63,479 nt of DNA, filler included, from Circinaria calcarea (GCA_051942165.1; 41 parts of 41 records of this genome joined end to end with filler, not necessarily neighbours in it); one strand, 5' to 3'; positions 13,219 to 24,240 are shown, counted from the first letter of the whole stretch. Notes: generated by a model not told the origin, from the letters alone. Numbers and translations: made by a program.

Positions 13219-15595
13219 GAGTGTGGGGATTGAGTCGATGAGGGAAGGGGAAGGGGAAGGAAAAATTTGTTACGCCGTTCTTCGTGCAAGTTACCTAGGG
13301 ACTTAAATAACAAGTATGGGGCAATAGGATTCGCATCGATGAGTGGGGTATAGATCGATGAATGGAATAACTGAAATGAGTCTTCAATGTCAATTTTCTC
13401 CAATCTCTCACACCCGTAAACCCAGGCCATCCAATCCTAGACCCCCACCGAAAACGCCCTCGACCATTCTCCTAAGAGATCTTGCAATCACAGCACAGCA
13501 CGGGGCACAACGCCACTTTCCCTTGGAACGTGCTGTACAGCCCCAAAGTCCCATGAAGAGCCCCCTAAAAAAAAAAAAAGAATGACGAGCATGCAATCAT
13601 CCCGAATTTAAAAAAAAAACCGACAAGCACACTTTCTCTCTTCCGGAATCAAAAAAATCCCCCCCCCTCTTTTACCCTTCCTGTATCTTTGTGTATTTCA
13701 AACCAGCTTTCTCCCCTCCCCTCCCCGGCCCCAAAAAAAAAAGTTCAAAGACATGCAACATACAACGGGCTCGTAATTCACAATTGACCACACCCGCACC
13801 CAATTACTGTACTTGGAATCTATGTAAGATACCAAATCAGCCCCCGCTCGCAAGCTTGTTTGTTGTGGCAGAGCGGCGGGGGGGGGGGAGTCGATGGGTG
13901 TGTAATTGGAAAGGGGAGTGAAAAAGGGAATGGAAAAGNNNNNNNNNNNNNNNNNNNNNNNNNNNNNNNNNNNNNNNNNNNNTTAATTAATTAANNNNNN
14001 NNNNNNNNNNNNNNNNNNNNNNNNNNNNNNNNNNNNNNTGACCGGCCAACTAAGCATCGATATCGGCGTTGACGGCTACAGCAGGCTTTTGGCGCTGTCC
14101 CTCGAGCGGGACCGACTCGAGCTAAATTGGAGTGGTGGAAGCGATGCAGCGCGGGTTAATGGGACTTGTGTCTGGGGAAAGACCGAGGTTGAAGGTGAGA
14201 ATTCTAGGGGTTTACTGGAAATGGCAAAGAGGATCTCAACTGCGAGGATTCGATCTTAAGCTAGGGATGTTTGAGGATTCTAAAAGGTAGAAGGGTGCCT
14301 TGGGATTTACTAAATCGCGAAGCTGTTGATCATGCATATTTCTGAATTCCTATCCTAGTCTTTCCGCGTGCAGTTGGATGACCTATGACTATATCCGGTG
14401 TTGATGAAGTCGTATAAAATCAACGATCACGAGTGAGTACCTAGGCGGAGCTAGACGCACAGGCTGGGATGAAGGTGGCGGTATATAAACCCACATGTCT
14501 TCGTCACAGCAGCAAAAGAGATAATTGACCCTGTTCGTGTAGGTAACTCCGGATCAGAATGGTATGTTACGAGCAGCACGATTGGAGTCTCTGCACATGC
14601 TTTTCATAATATGCCCTGGAAACTCTTGGGCAGAGTACAGTCCAATCAGTGGCCCCCACGAAGTCGAATCTTCCCCAAGAGAGATGGTAAGATATTAATT
14701 GAGTACAGTACATAATTCCCCTTCCACTGCAAATACAGCCAGGGGACCCAGGGGGAGTCATTCCAATCCTGTTCTCCTTAAACCTCGCACACCCAGCCAG
14801 CCGTAGAAAACTTTCGAGTTCACTTCTAGCCCCACCGATTTAGAAACCCCGGAAGGAAATGAAGCGTAAGACGTCCGCTGTTTTATTTCCCCCCATTCGC
14901 ATCGAGGATCCCTGGGTTGCTTCTGACCATATATTGCCCGGACATGCACTTTTCCGCCACCCCGACAATCCCAAATCCATCCCCCCCTTGTTTCGAATGT
15001 AACTCTCCCCCTCGATATCTTGGCCGGAGGACCTTAAAGGGTTGGGCTCAGGCTTCGAATATAGAATAATTGTTTCATCTCGGGACCAGACCAGTAAGGT
15101 TAAAAAACGGCTCACCTGATGGGAGCCGCTGGGTGAGTGGTTTTTTTGCTTTTTTTGGGGGGTTGGGGGGGGGTTTACCTATGAGATGAATAATTGTATG
15201 GTTTAAGGGCTTGGGATCGATCGCTGGGGTTTTAGAATCTCCGCGCTGCGGAAGCAAAACGCCCCCGGTGTTCTATTACAGAGGTAGAAAGCAAAACGAT
15301 AATGTGTCGCGGTTTGAAATGCAAGGCCAAACAACAATGAGCTTGGTAGATTTAGGGGCATAGGAACTGTGTAGAGAAGAAAGAGAAGTAGACTCTACAT
15401 GGATACTTGATGAGGCGGGTTTTCCCTCATGCGAGGTCTCTTGGAAGTTGTTAGGGGGCTGGAATAAGGGACGTTTTAGGCTGTCAATTTTGGGGNNNNN
15501 NNNNNNNNNNNNNNNNNNNNNNNNNNNNNNNNNNNNNNNTTAATTAATTAANNNNNNNNNNNNNNNNNNNNNNNNNNNNNNNNNNNNNNNNNNNN

Positions 15596-17052
15596 GGTGG
15601 TGGAGGTCCTCCTACAGGTGGCTCAGGAACAGGCCTTGTAACGGATGGTAGAGGCGGAGGGATAGGAGCAGCCGGAGCAGTGCGTTGGACTGGAAGAGGA
15701 GGTGGTAGGGATGGTGCAGAAGATGTTGCGGAACCATTCGGAGTCTTTGGAGGAAGTGGTGGTGGTCCTAGCGCGCTTGGAGGAACTGAATGAGTATGGT
15801 TTGTATCTCGGAGTATCCTTGGAGGCGGCGGCGGGACCGGAACTCGGTTTGGGGTGGGAGGAGTAAATGATGAACTTTGGGCCCCTTGAAAGGGAGGTGG
15901 AACGCCGAATCTAGGCTTCACTTCGACGTCATCATCCACCGGCATCTTGGGTGGTCTTGGTGGAGGGGGTGGACCTGGATTGGTTAGGTTGGAGGCTGCC
16001 CTCTCCCTTGAGGGAGGCGAAGGAGCTTTATTTGCGAATTTCCCGGCATCCGCAAGCGGTGGTGGTGCTCTAAATCTTGGTGCTGAGCGTGGAGGCGACG
16101 GCGTTCGGTCAGGCGATATTGGAGGCTGAGTAGGCGGCTGAGATGGAGATAGGGCAACATTATTTTCAACGCGGCTCTTCCGTGCTGGAGGCGGCGCCGG
16201 AGGTGGACCCCTTTTCGATGTAGTAGAGCTTCCGGTATGCTGGGGGCTTATTGAAGTCAGTCGTCCAGGCGCTGCAACAGGTGGTGGGGGAGGTGGAGCT
16301 TTTGCACGGCGGTCGTTGTTAGCGCCATTGACATTCTCGTCCAAGGCAGCGTCACCAGCAGTGTTCGACTGTTGTTTCTGCTCGATGTATGATTTGATGA
16401 AGACCGCGTGTTCCTCTATTTGGTCCTCCGTAATACCTAGTTCAAGCAACTCGCTCAAAGTTTCTCGCCATGAGGGATCAACAGTGTCTAGAGCTGATCC
16501 CCCGGTCCCTTGCGCGGGCGGGGAGATCACTGCAGGAGGTACCTTCGACGGTATGATCGATTGAACCTGCTGCTGTGGTGCGTGTGACGCTGACGAAGGA
16601 CGGTGCCCATGCAACAAACTGCCCAGTCGACTATGATGTTTCTCATTTGACATATTTCCCAACGCAGGGGCTACACCGTGACCCTGGAACGGTGTTGCCT
16701 TTGTACTCTTACTTGCGTTTTTCTCGCGTTCATCCATCTTCTTCTTGAATTGTTTGGCTTCTTTCTCATCAGCGAAGGACAGGCCTGCCAGGCAATTTTC
16801 CAGCTCGAATGAATGGAAGAATGTACGATCTTGATTGTAAACAAACGTGTCATAAATCTCCTGATCCCATATGACACCACGATTGGCAGGCTTAGAAAGT
16901 ATTAGCATTGTCCTAGAAGTATCGGCCGTATAATATTCAAGATAGAAGCATACCGAGACGTCCACCAGCTTGATCCAGAAGGTGTTTCCGATCAAGTCGT
17001 TGGCCAGGACAGCGGCACCTTGCAGTCCTGTGTAGGTCCATTGTTGCTTGTT
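15596..17052 (-). CDS. LAS17: WASP homologue Las17/Wsp1 (WH1 domain plus polyproline region), internal fragment
   Basis: QWTYTGLQGAAVLANDLIGNTFWIKLVD...GVIWDQEIY...QDRTFFHSFELENCLAGLSFADEKEA; Pro-rich tracts. Confidence 0.93.
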
Positions 17053-17152
17053 NNNNNNNNNNNNNNNNNNNNNNNNNNNNNNNNNNNNNNNNNNNNTTAA
17101 TTAATTAANNNNNNNNNNNNNNNNNNNNNNNNNNNNNNNNNNNNNNNNNNNN

Positions 17153-17292
17153 TAATAGGGATAGTCGGGGGCGTCAGTATTCAATTGTCAGAGGTGAAAT
17201 TCTTGGATTTATTGAAGACTAACTACTGCGAAAGCATTCGCCAAGGATGTTTTCATTAATCAGTGAACGAAAGTTAGGGGATCGAAGACGAT
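17153..17292 (+). rRNA. 18S rRNA fragment, 5' exon
   Basis: Conserved SSU sequence GTCAGAGGTGAAATTCTTGGATTTATTGAAGACTAACTACTGCGAAAGC...GAACGAAAGTTAGGGGATCGAAGACGAT. Confidence 0.99.
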
Positions 17293-18478
17293 CAGATGGG
17301 CAGTATGTCCCCCAACTCTCCGCCAACCGTGGGCTTTAGGAGAAAACGAGGGGGAAAACGCGAGGGTGAATACGGGGTATGATTGAATTCCCATATATAT
17401 CGAGAAACCAAGCTAGAACTACCAGATATCCCCCTATATATGCTGCCCGCCCTTGGGCCATACTGCTTCCCTTCTAACGCCGTTTATACGATTTGGGGGT
17501 GCGAACTGAGTCACGTCGCATACATGTCATAACAACAGATGCAGCAACGTCCAACACTTGAAGTGGGAGCGCTCTTGGTTCAACCGTCTTGGAGATAATT
17601 GCCCGGGTGCGTTGACTGGGAGACCGAGGCGTGAATGTTGCCGTCAAGGACTGCGAGAGGCTTGCGGGCTTGAGGAGTGATGTTCTGCCTCTTTGCAGGA
17701 GGCTCGCCGTCGAGAACAGGTGATGCTGTACGCTTGGGTGACTTCGTCATGGCGACTTGAGGCGGGGCGGTCGACAGATTCTAGACTGGCGATGGAGGAA
17801 GAGGTGTGATGTTGACAGCTGCGGCATGCTTTCCGGCTAAGGCTGCTCTCTCCGAGTCGGACGAGGAAAGTGCTGTGGGAGCTATCTAAGGTATTACCAC
17901 TCCGCCATTGACCCGATTGAACGTTTATTGCGTAAACCTCAATATATATACCTTTCTAACAGGGGGTTCGGGGTTCGATCCCTTGAGGGAGCAATTAAAT
18001 GAACTTTTTGGCCACTTAAAGGTGGCCAATCAGCTTTATTTAACTGACCCCCCGAGGTCTCGGTGTGGCGTGGGGGGACCTGGATGCTGCGATATACCCC
18101 ACCTGGAAATTCAATCATACTCTTATTCAGGCCTTTTAACCCTGGTATGTGGTCGTCAATAGCGCAAGCTAGCCCAGGTTCGCCCTGGACGACACTGTCC
18201 AACTGAGGAGCGTCTCTAATCTTGCCATCGAGATTAGGGTGATCCGCAGCTAAAATTTCGGAACTGGTGGGATTGGTGGGATGTTTGATCGTCGCGTTAG
18301 GAATCTCACTGTCAGGAAGTGCGGTCCCGGTAGGAACGATGATCTAGGAGCGTCCCCATTAGAATCTTTTCCAATAAGAAATAGCAGTTTACAGACTGCC
18401 CGACAGTGGGCCGAGGGCCGTCTTGGCCGTCAGCTTCAGATATAGTCGGTTTGGCGTGGTGACGCGCCCAAATCAACG
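17293..18478 (+). mobile_element. Group IC1 self-splicing intron at SSU position S788 (1186 nt)
   Basis: Inserted in GACGAT^CAGATACC; exon ends in U and intron ends in G; IGS GTCGTC 18152-57 pairs GACGAU with a U.G wobble; P10 TGGTATGTG; P3 CACTGTC 18193-99 / GACAGTG 18402-08; P4 CTGAGGA/TCCGCAG; R GTTTACAGACTG; S AGATATAGTC; P8 and P9 hairpins. Confidence 0.95.
17296..17680 (+). pseudogene. His-Cys box (I-PpoI-like) homing endonuclease gene in the intron P1 loop, sense orientation, with an in-frame stop
   Basis: Frame from 17516 reads SHTCHNNRCSNVQHLKWERSWFNRLGDNCPG...CCRQG, compared with I-PpoI SHLCHNTRCHNPLHLCWE...NWCPG...CLRQG recalled from memory; TGA at 17507-09. Confidence 0.88.
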
Positions 18479-18608
18479 CAGATACCGTCGTAGTCTTAAC
18501 CATAAACTATGCCGACTAGGGATCGGACGGTGTTTCTTTATATGACCCGTTCGGCACCTTACGAGAAATCAAAGTGTTTGGGCTCCGGGGGGAGTATGGT
18601 CGCAAGGC
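18479..18608 (+). rRNA. 18S rRNA fragment, 3' exon
   Basis: CAGATACCGTCGTAGTCTTAACCATAAACTATGCCGACTAGGGATCGG...GGGGGAGTATGGTCGCAAGGC. Confidence 0.99.
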
Positions 18609-18708
18609 NNNNNNNNNNNNNNNNNNNNNNNNNNNNNNNNNNNNNNNNNNNNTTAATTAATTAANNNNNNNNNNNNNNNNNNNNNNNNNNNNNNNNNNNN
18701 NNNNNNNN

Positions 18709-19081
18709 CTCCTCCCAATCCCCCTCGCTAACCCTCTCCCGCATCCACCTCCGCGTCGACTGGCAAACCCTCCGCCGCCTTCCGCTCTCTGGCGCCATCA
18801 TCTTCAACTTCAAAGCCCTCTTCACGCCCGTGACGGAATTCCGCGACGAAAAATTGATTCCTGCGTTGCTGCGCAGGATTCTGCTGCAAGGCAAGCAGGG
18901 GCTGATGGAGTATAAAGGCACGTGGCATGTGGAGCATGTGGTTCTGCCGGTTCTGGAGGAGTGGGAGAGGGAGCAGGTGAAGGGTGGGGTGTGTGAGGAG
19001 GGGTGGGAGGTTCGGACGCTGGATGAGGCGCCATGGTATCAAGGCTGGGAGGAGAAATGGCATCGGCAACAGGGATTTTGA
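18709..19081 (+). CDS. DUF3445 (heme-dependent oxidative N-demethylase alpha-like) protein, C-terminus
   Basis: RVDWQTLRRLPLSGAIIFNFKALFTPVTEFRDE...YKGTWHVEH...WEEKWHRQQGF*. Confidence 0.85.
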
Positions 19082-21819
19082 CACGAATCATGGTTGGAAT
19101 GGTTTGTTTGGGGGAAAGGGAGAAATGTGGTGTATCTTGGGTTTGCATTTTGGCATTAATTTCTGATTCTTGGATGCCTTACGTTGGAAAGAGGGGTCTA
19201 CGACTTGATTTGGACACGAAAGTAATGAAGAGAAAGAAAGTAAAGAAAGAAATAAAGCGTATGCATGCATGTTTTACCCACCCCTTTATTGCATTTTCTC
19301 TTAATTTAGCGATTTAATTCTCTCTCGTGACCTTATTTTTACCTTTTTATCTTATCAAGAATCCGCAATAGAAAGCAAAAATCACACAAGCGGAATGCGA
19401 GAGGAATAGAGAATATGAAAACCACGAAAATCCATTCCCCCAAACGGGCCTATTCTATCCTATCCTATTCTACTCGTCCTGGGCTTTCTTTTTTGGGATC
19501 TTGGAACTCTTCCTTTTTCTAACAAAAAATAAAAAGAGGGAGGGAATTTGGTCATTCATGAGAGTAGAGTAACGGGGGGGGTTAGTATGATATGATATGA
19601 TAATGATTAAAAACGGAAGTCAATTGCCCCCTTCCTCTCCCTTCCCCCCATGTAAGGGCTCTACCCGAGAACCCCTACGAACACTACGGGTGAACTATAC
19701 ACCGAGGTTACGGGGTATTGGTTTAGCGAGAAAGGTTTTCCTCTCGAAGCGTTACACGAGAACTCTTTAGCAATAATTCATACGCTACGCGAACACATTG
19801 AGCACATTTATCACACAGTTTACCGACCCTTATTCGTAAGATCACTATACCATTCGTAGAGGATTCTTTCCCCCCCTTCCTCTTGATAAAAATGCCTACA
19901 GTCACGTTTGTGCCTAAGCAATTGAAAAAGGGGGATTTTAGATTTTTAGTAGTTATGAACTCCTTTATCTTATCTTATTAATAGCTTGCCCTACTCCCCA
20001 CTCTGATGCGGGGGAGCAGCACAAATAAAACAATGTGGACTGTGTAAAGAAAAGGGGCTTCTAAAAGAAAAATCCGCTCTCTTTCTTAGAAACTTTTTTT
20101 GCATTATTTCCAGTTTGCTTTTCCACCGTATTTTAAATAGGGGAGGAGGGGTTGGGGGTAAAGTNNNNNNNNNNNNNNNNNNNNNNNNNNNNNNNNNNNN
20201 NNNNNNNNTTAATTAATTAANNNNNNNNNNNNNNNNNNNNNNNNNNNNNNNNNNNNNNNNNNNNGGAAAAGAAATGGGAAGGGAAGGGGAAGTGAGGGCT
20301 CCTTTGCTGTCAAGTTTAAACATGCGTGTATGGTAGTTGAGAGAGATTGGGCAATGCACGTCGCTCTGTGTATGTTTTTATTCCCTCCCCACCCCCCGCG
20401 AGGCGTTTTTTCTCAGGCTCTATTTTTCTCGCACACACTTTTCCTTTCTCTCTCGTCTGGTTGTTTATCTCCACTCCTCCCCTTTGGCGGCTATCTCAAC
20501 TGCCCATTGCCCCCGGGCGACATCCCCATTAGAGAAACTTTGGCTGCTGCTACTGCTGTGGCATCATTTAGGGCTTTCTCTCTCTCTCTCTCACTTATTT
20601 TACCATGGAGAGGTTTTTGGATACCTTATCAGGGGGCCCCGAGGGGGAGTTTGCACGGATACAGATGTGGAGGTTTGGAGCGAACGATTTGGGGCAAACT
20701 ATGCTGCCCAGAAGGAGATTAGGGGAGGAGGGCGGTAGCATTTGATTCCCGGGGGGGGGAAGCGGAGTTCTCTTCCTCCTTCTTGAATTCTCGCTCGCGA
20801 ATTTCCTCGTCTTTCCTCCATCCCCACCCCATCTCAATATAGGTAGGTAGTTCTATAAACCTCCCCTCTAAGTTTTTTGCACCCCAAGCTGAAATCTCTC
20901 CAAACCTTGTTCCCTTCTTTTTGGAAATTTCTCCTACCGCATCATGTTTCTTTCGTTTTCTCTCCCTTTCTCCCCTTACGTGCACGCTATCAATACAAAC
21001 GAGTTGGCACCTCGAAAAGAGAGCAAGGAGATTGTCCCCGATCTATAAACTAGGGGTATATCACGCCTTGTCTCCTGAGTTCCCGGAAAAAATACCCTCT
21101 ACTCATATCCCCATCTTCTCACTCTACCAACTCATGCCTCTCCAAAACCCGCCAAAAGTCCTCCCCCCGGATACCCCACCCTCGATACGAACCACCACTC
21201 CTCAATCTCGGCATCTCAGCATCTCCCCCATCTCATCCGAAACGCCCAGGCCCAGGCCCCAGAACCCTACCCACGGCCACGACCACAAGAGCTGCTGGTA
21301 ATTTGTTTAGGTAAGGTAGTTTTCCTAACCTTTTCGTGCTATGTGTGTGTACGGCACGCAGTAGAACAGCACCCACAGACACCACATCCACATCCCATCG
21401 TGAGTGAATTCACACATTACGCCGAAAAGCAAAAGCGAGGAGCTAGGAAAGGGGCTTTTTTCCTGAGGTTAGATGCGATCCATCGCAGCCGCAGCTCAGT
21501 TTGATTTAGCTCGAGTCAGCTAGGGCTTGATAGAAACCTCCTCCCTCCCCCCGGATAGGGTTAGGGTGGAAAGGATGAAGGGATGAAGGGATGAAAGGAC
21601 CAAATGGCGGTTTAGGTCGCACACGCGCATGCCTAGTACTTAACAGCCAGCAATAGCCAAGCAAGGCAGACAGATAATCCCCACCCCCTCTTCCTCTATC
21701 CTCTCCCCCTCTTCCCTTCNNNNNNNNNNNNNNNNNNNNNNNNNNNNNNNNNNNNNNNNNNNNTTAATTAATTAANNNNNNNNNNNNNNNNNNNNNNNNN
21801 NNNNNNNNNNNNNNNNNNN

Positions 21820-22227
21820 TTCCCCGAACCTCCCACTTCCCCAACAACCTACGCCGAACTAGACCCCTACTCCCTCTCCCCTCCCACTCTCATCCGAACT
21901 TTCTCAAATACCCCGTCTACATATTCCCCGTACAGCACCTACGACCGTCAGCACAGTCGAAGTTCACTCTCCTCGCCTTCTGGTCCTTCAGAGAGGGGCT
22001 CGGGATCGGGATCGGGATGGAGGGGTAAAGTCAGGGGTCTGGGATTAGTGAGGAAGGCTTCTTCGGATCAGGGGGGCAAGGGCTCTTTGAATCAAAGAGC
22101 TGGTATTGATAGCAGTTGGGGACTGGGAAAGAAAAAGGACAAGGGAAAAATGATTGCGAGGGGAGCAGCGGAGAGGCAGGAATTCATGGGGATCCCGCCC
22201 TTTCCGTTTGAGGGTGTCCTCGCCTGA
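21820..22227 (+). CDS. Hypothetical Ser/Pro-rich protein, C-terminal fragment
   Basis: 135 sense codons open from the contig edge, ending KMIARGAAERQEFMGIPPFPFEGVLA*; not in the ORF track. Confidence 0.5.
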   Translation, partial: FPEPPTSPTTYAELDPYSLSPPTLIRTFSNTPSTYSPYSTYDRQHSRSSLSSPSGPSERGSGSGSGWRGKVRGLGLVRKASSDQGGKGSLNQRAGIDSSWGLGKKKDKGKMIARGAAERQEFMGIPPFPFEGVLA

Positions 22228-23374
22228 ATACAGAACTTGAGCGTAAGAAAAAGGATTGGAAAATAATAATCACGGCCGCTGCCGGAATTGGGTCTTGGGA
22301 TAGAATAGGAAGGATAGATGACATGATAACAGTCACTTGGATAATATAGCCTGTTACTAGGCGGGGTGTATTACTTTTGGATAGGCCGTGAGTGACAAGG
22401 ATCATATCCCACCGACTTGATGCGATGGACATGAGAAACAGTTTTACCTCTTGTCTAAATATCAGTATCCCATCTTATTCCATCTCTTCCCTCTTCCCTC
22501 ACTTCGACCCCGTCACGTTTCGTCCCTCTGCTGCCAACTATACTTCCTCCGCAGCACAGAGGACTATCTATCTCAAGGCTTCCAGTAGTGCAGCCGGTGC
22601 AGAAGCTCTGCACTGCCAAGGCTTCATATAAATAGCGTAGAAGCCCCCAACCTTCCACTCCACCCCACAGTACCTTTGTGGCCGTAATCCATCTCTTCCA
22701 TGGTCTATAAGACCTCGCCCATAGCCTGTGCGCCTCCGGACTCAATGCGCGGAGGTAGTGTTCGAATGGTATAGAAAGGCGGAGGGCTGATGTACGAAGG
22801 CAAATGGTAAAAAGGAATGAAGGAAAAATTCATTCCGCTTACAGCTTAGTGTCACGGTATGGTCGAGCTCGGGGATTTCATACGGAACTCTCAAAATTTG
22901 GAATTAATTCTCACGCCCTTTTCACGTGTGGTGTTTTTCTATCAATGATACTTTATAAGCGCTGAAGTGTACCTAATTCGGCTTAGCTTCAGGGTCTAGG
23001 AGTACTAAAATTTTTAACATTCCTTATTATAAATTCTTACTTCAGAGATTAGTACGCACTGCACTGAACTGATGGTACGGGCTTGGCAGTGCATACTGCA
23101 CCGGCTGCACTATTGGAAGCCTTGGTGAGGATGAGGATGGAGGATAATTACTCTGCCCTGCGAGGAATTGGAACCGGAACCGGAACCAGAAAGAGAAAGG
23201 GAGAAGGAAGAAGGGAGAAGCAAGAAGGGCCTATAGCCCGCAACTGGAACCTTTTTTTTGGTTTCGGGGTGGGANNNNNNNNNNNNNNNNNNNNNNNNNN
23301 NNNNNNNNNNNNNNNNNNTTAATTAATTAANNNNNNNNNNNNNNNNNNNNNNNNNNNNNNNNNNNNNNNNNNNN

Positions 23375-23753
23375 GCCGCGAATTGAGACTGGCGGAGGAA
23401 GCGCCTTGGATTGGTTCTACCATGAGATGAAACTCAAATATGCCTATCAGATCAAGTTGAGGGATACCGGGAGTTATGGGTTCTTACTTCCGAGCAAGAA
23501 TATCGTTCCTACGGGAAAGGAGGCTTTTAGTGCAGCGATGTATTTTGGAAAATATCTTTTGGGGAATCAGGGTATTGAACTCGATGGAGAGTTTGTGGGA
23601 TTTAAGGCGGACCAGACGGCTCTCTCAAGTTCTGAACTCGCGCAAACGTCTAACGTACAAGGAACACGACATGGGGACGAGCACGACTTGATTACTGATG
23701 TGATAGAAGGCGAAGAACAAGATGATCTCAACTGGGAGCTTCGAAAGAAATAA
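23375..23753 (+). CDS. ECM14: M14 zinc carboxypeptidase-like protein Ecm14, C-terminus
   Basis: [12 protein letters not shown]...[26 protein letters not shown]...WELRKK*. Confidence 0.88.
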
Positions 23754-24240
23754 TGCCCCAATGCCAACATCCATCATGGACAGTCGGGAATCCTCATATC
23801 TATCACGGATAAATGGCATCAAATTACCCTGCCCAGGTACCACGAGGAGGAATTTTACAATATTTACCGAGCCAGCGGTTTGTAAGTGAAAATTGATATT
23901 TTATTCCCCCGGTGTATCTTGTGTAGGTTTCATTGTAAATCGATATGGTTGGTATCCGATTCATTTCCCGTTAGTTGAGGACGGGGAGACCGCACCTGCG
24001 GAGAGGCAATGGCTAAGTCCTTGTATAAGCGTTTTGTTGGTTCAAATACCTAAAGTAGCTATTAACGAATTCATGACCCACCCACCGATCCTTACTATCT
24101 ATCTACAACAAAGCTTCTCACACTTTATTGAGATATATATCACGTGATCTACCCTAGACAACCACCACTCTTCAGCCATACCCCTCCCTTTTTATCATCA
24201 TGAAACCAATTTTCTCCGCCCCCCCTTAACACCCTCAACC

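Noticed and set aside
17681..18142. Possible second (GIR1/lariat-capping) ribozyme making a twin-ribozyme intron
   Set aside because: No second P7/P3 core found by eye, and the region lies 3' of the sense HEG rather than 5'; an Infernal search would be needed to exclude it fully
17298..18483. Alternative intron boundaries shifted by the CAGAT duplication
   Set aside because: Only 17293-18478 gives exon-terminal U paired to the IGS G together with a terminal omega-G
17908..18503. ORF-track ORFs of 63-87 aa within the intron and 18S
   Set aside because: They overlap ribozyme core or rRNA and have no protein motifs; likely spurious
19651..19910. TGTAA...TACA LTR-like segment
   Set aside because: No TSD and no second copy in the window
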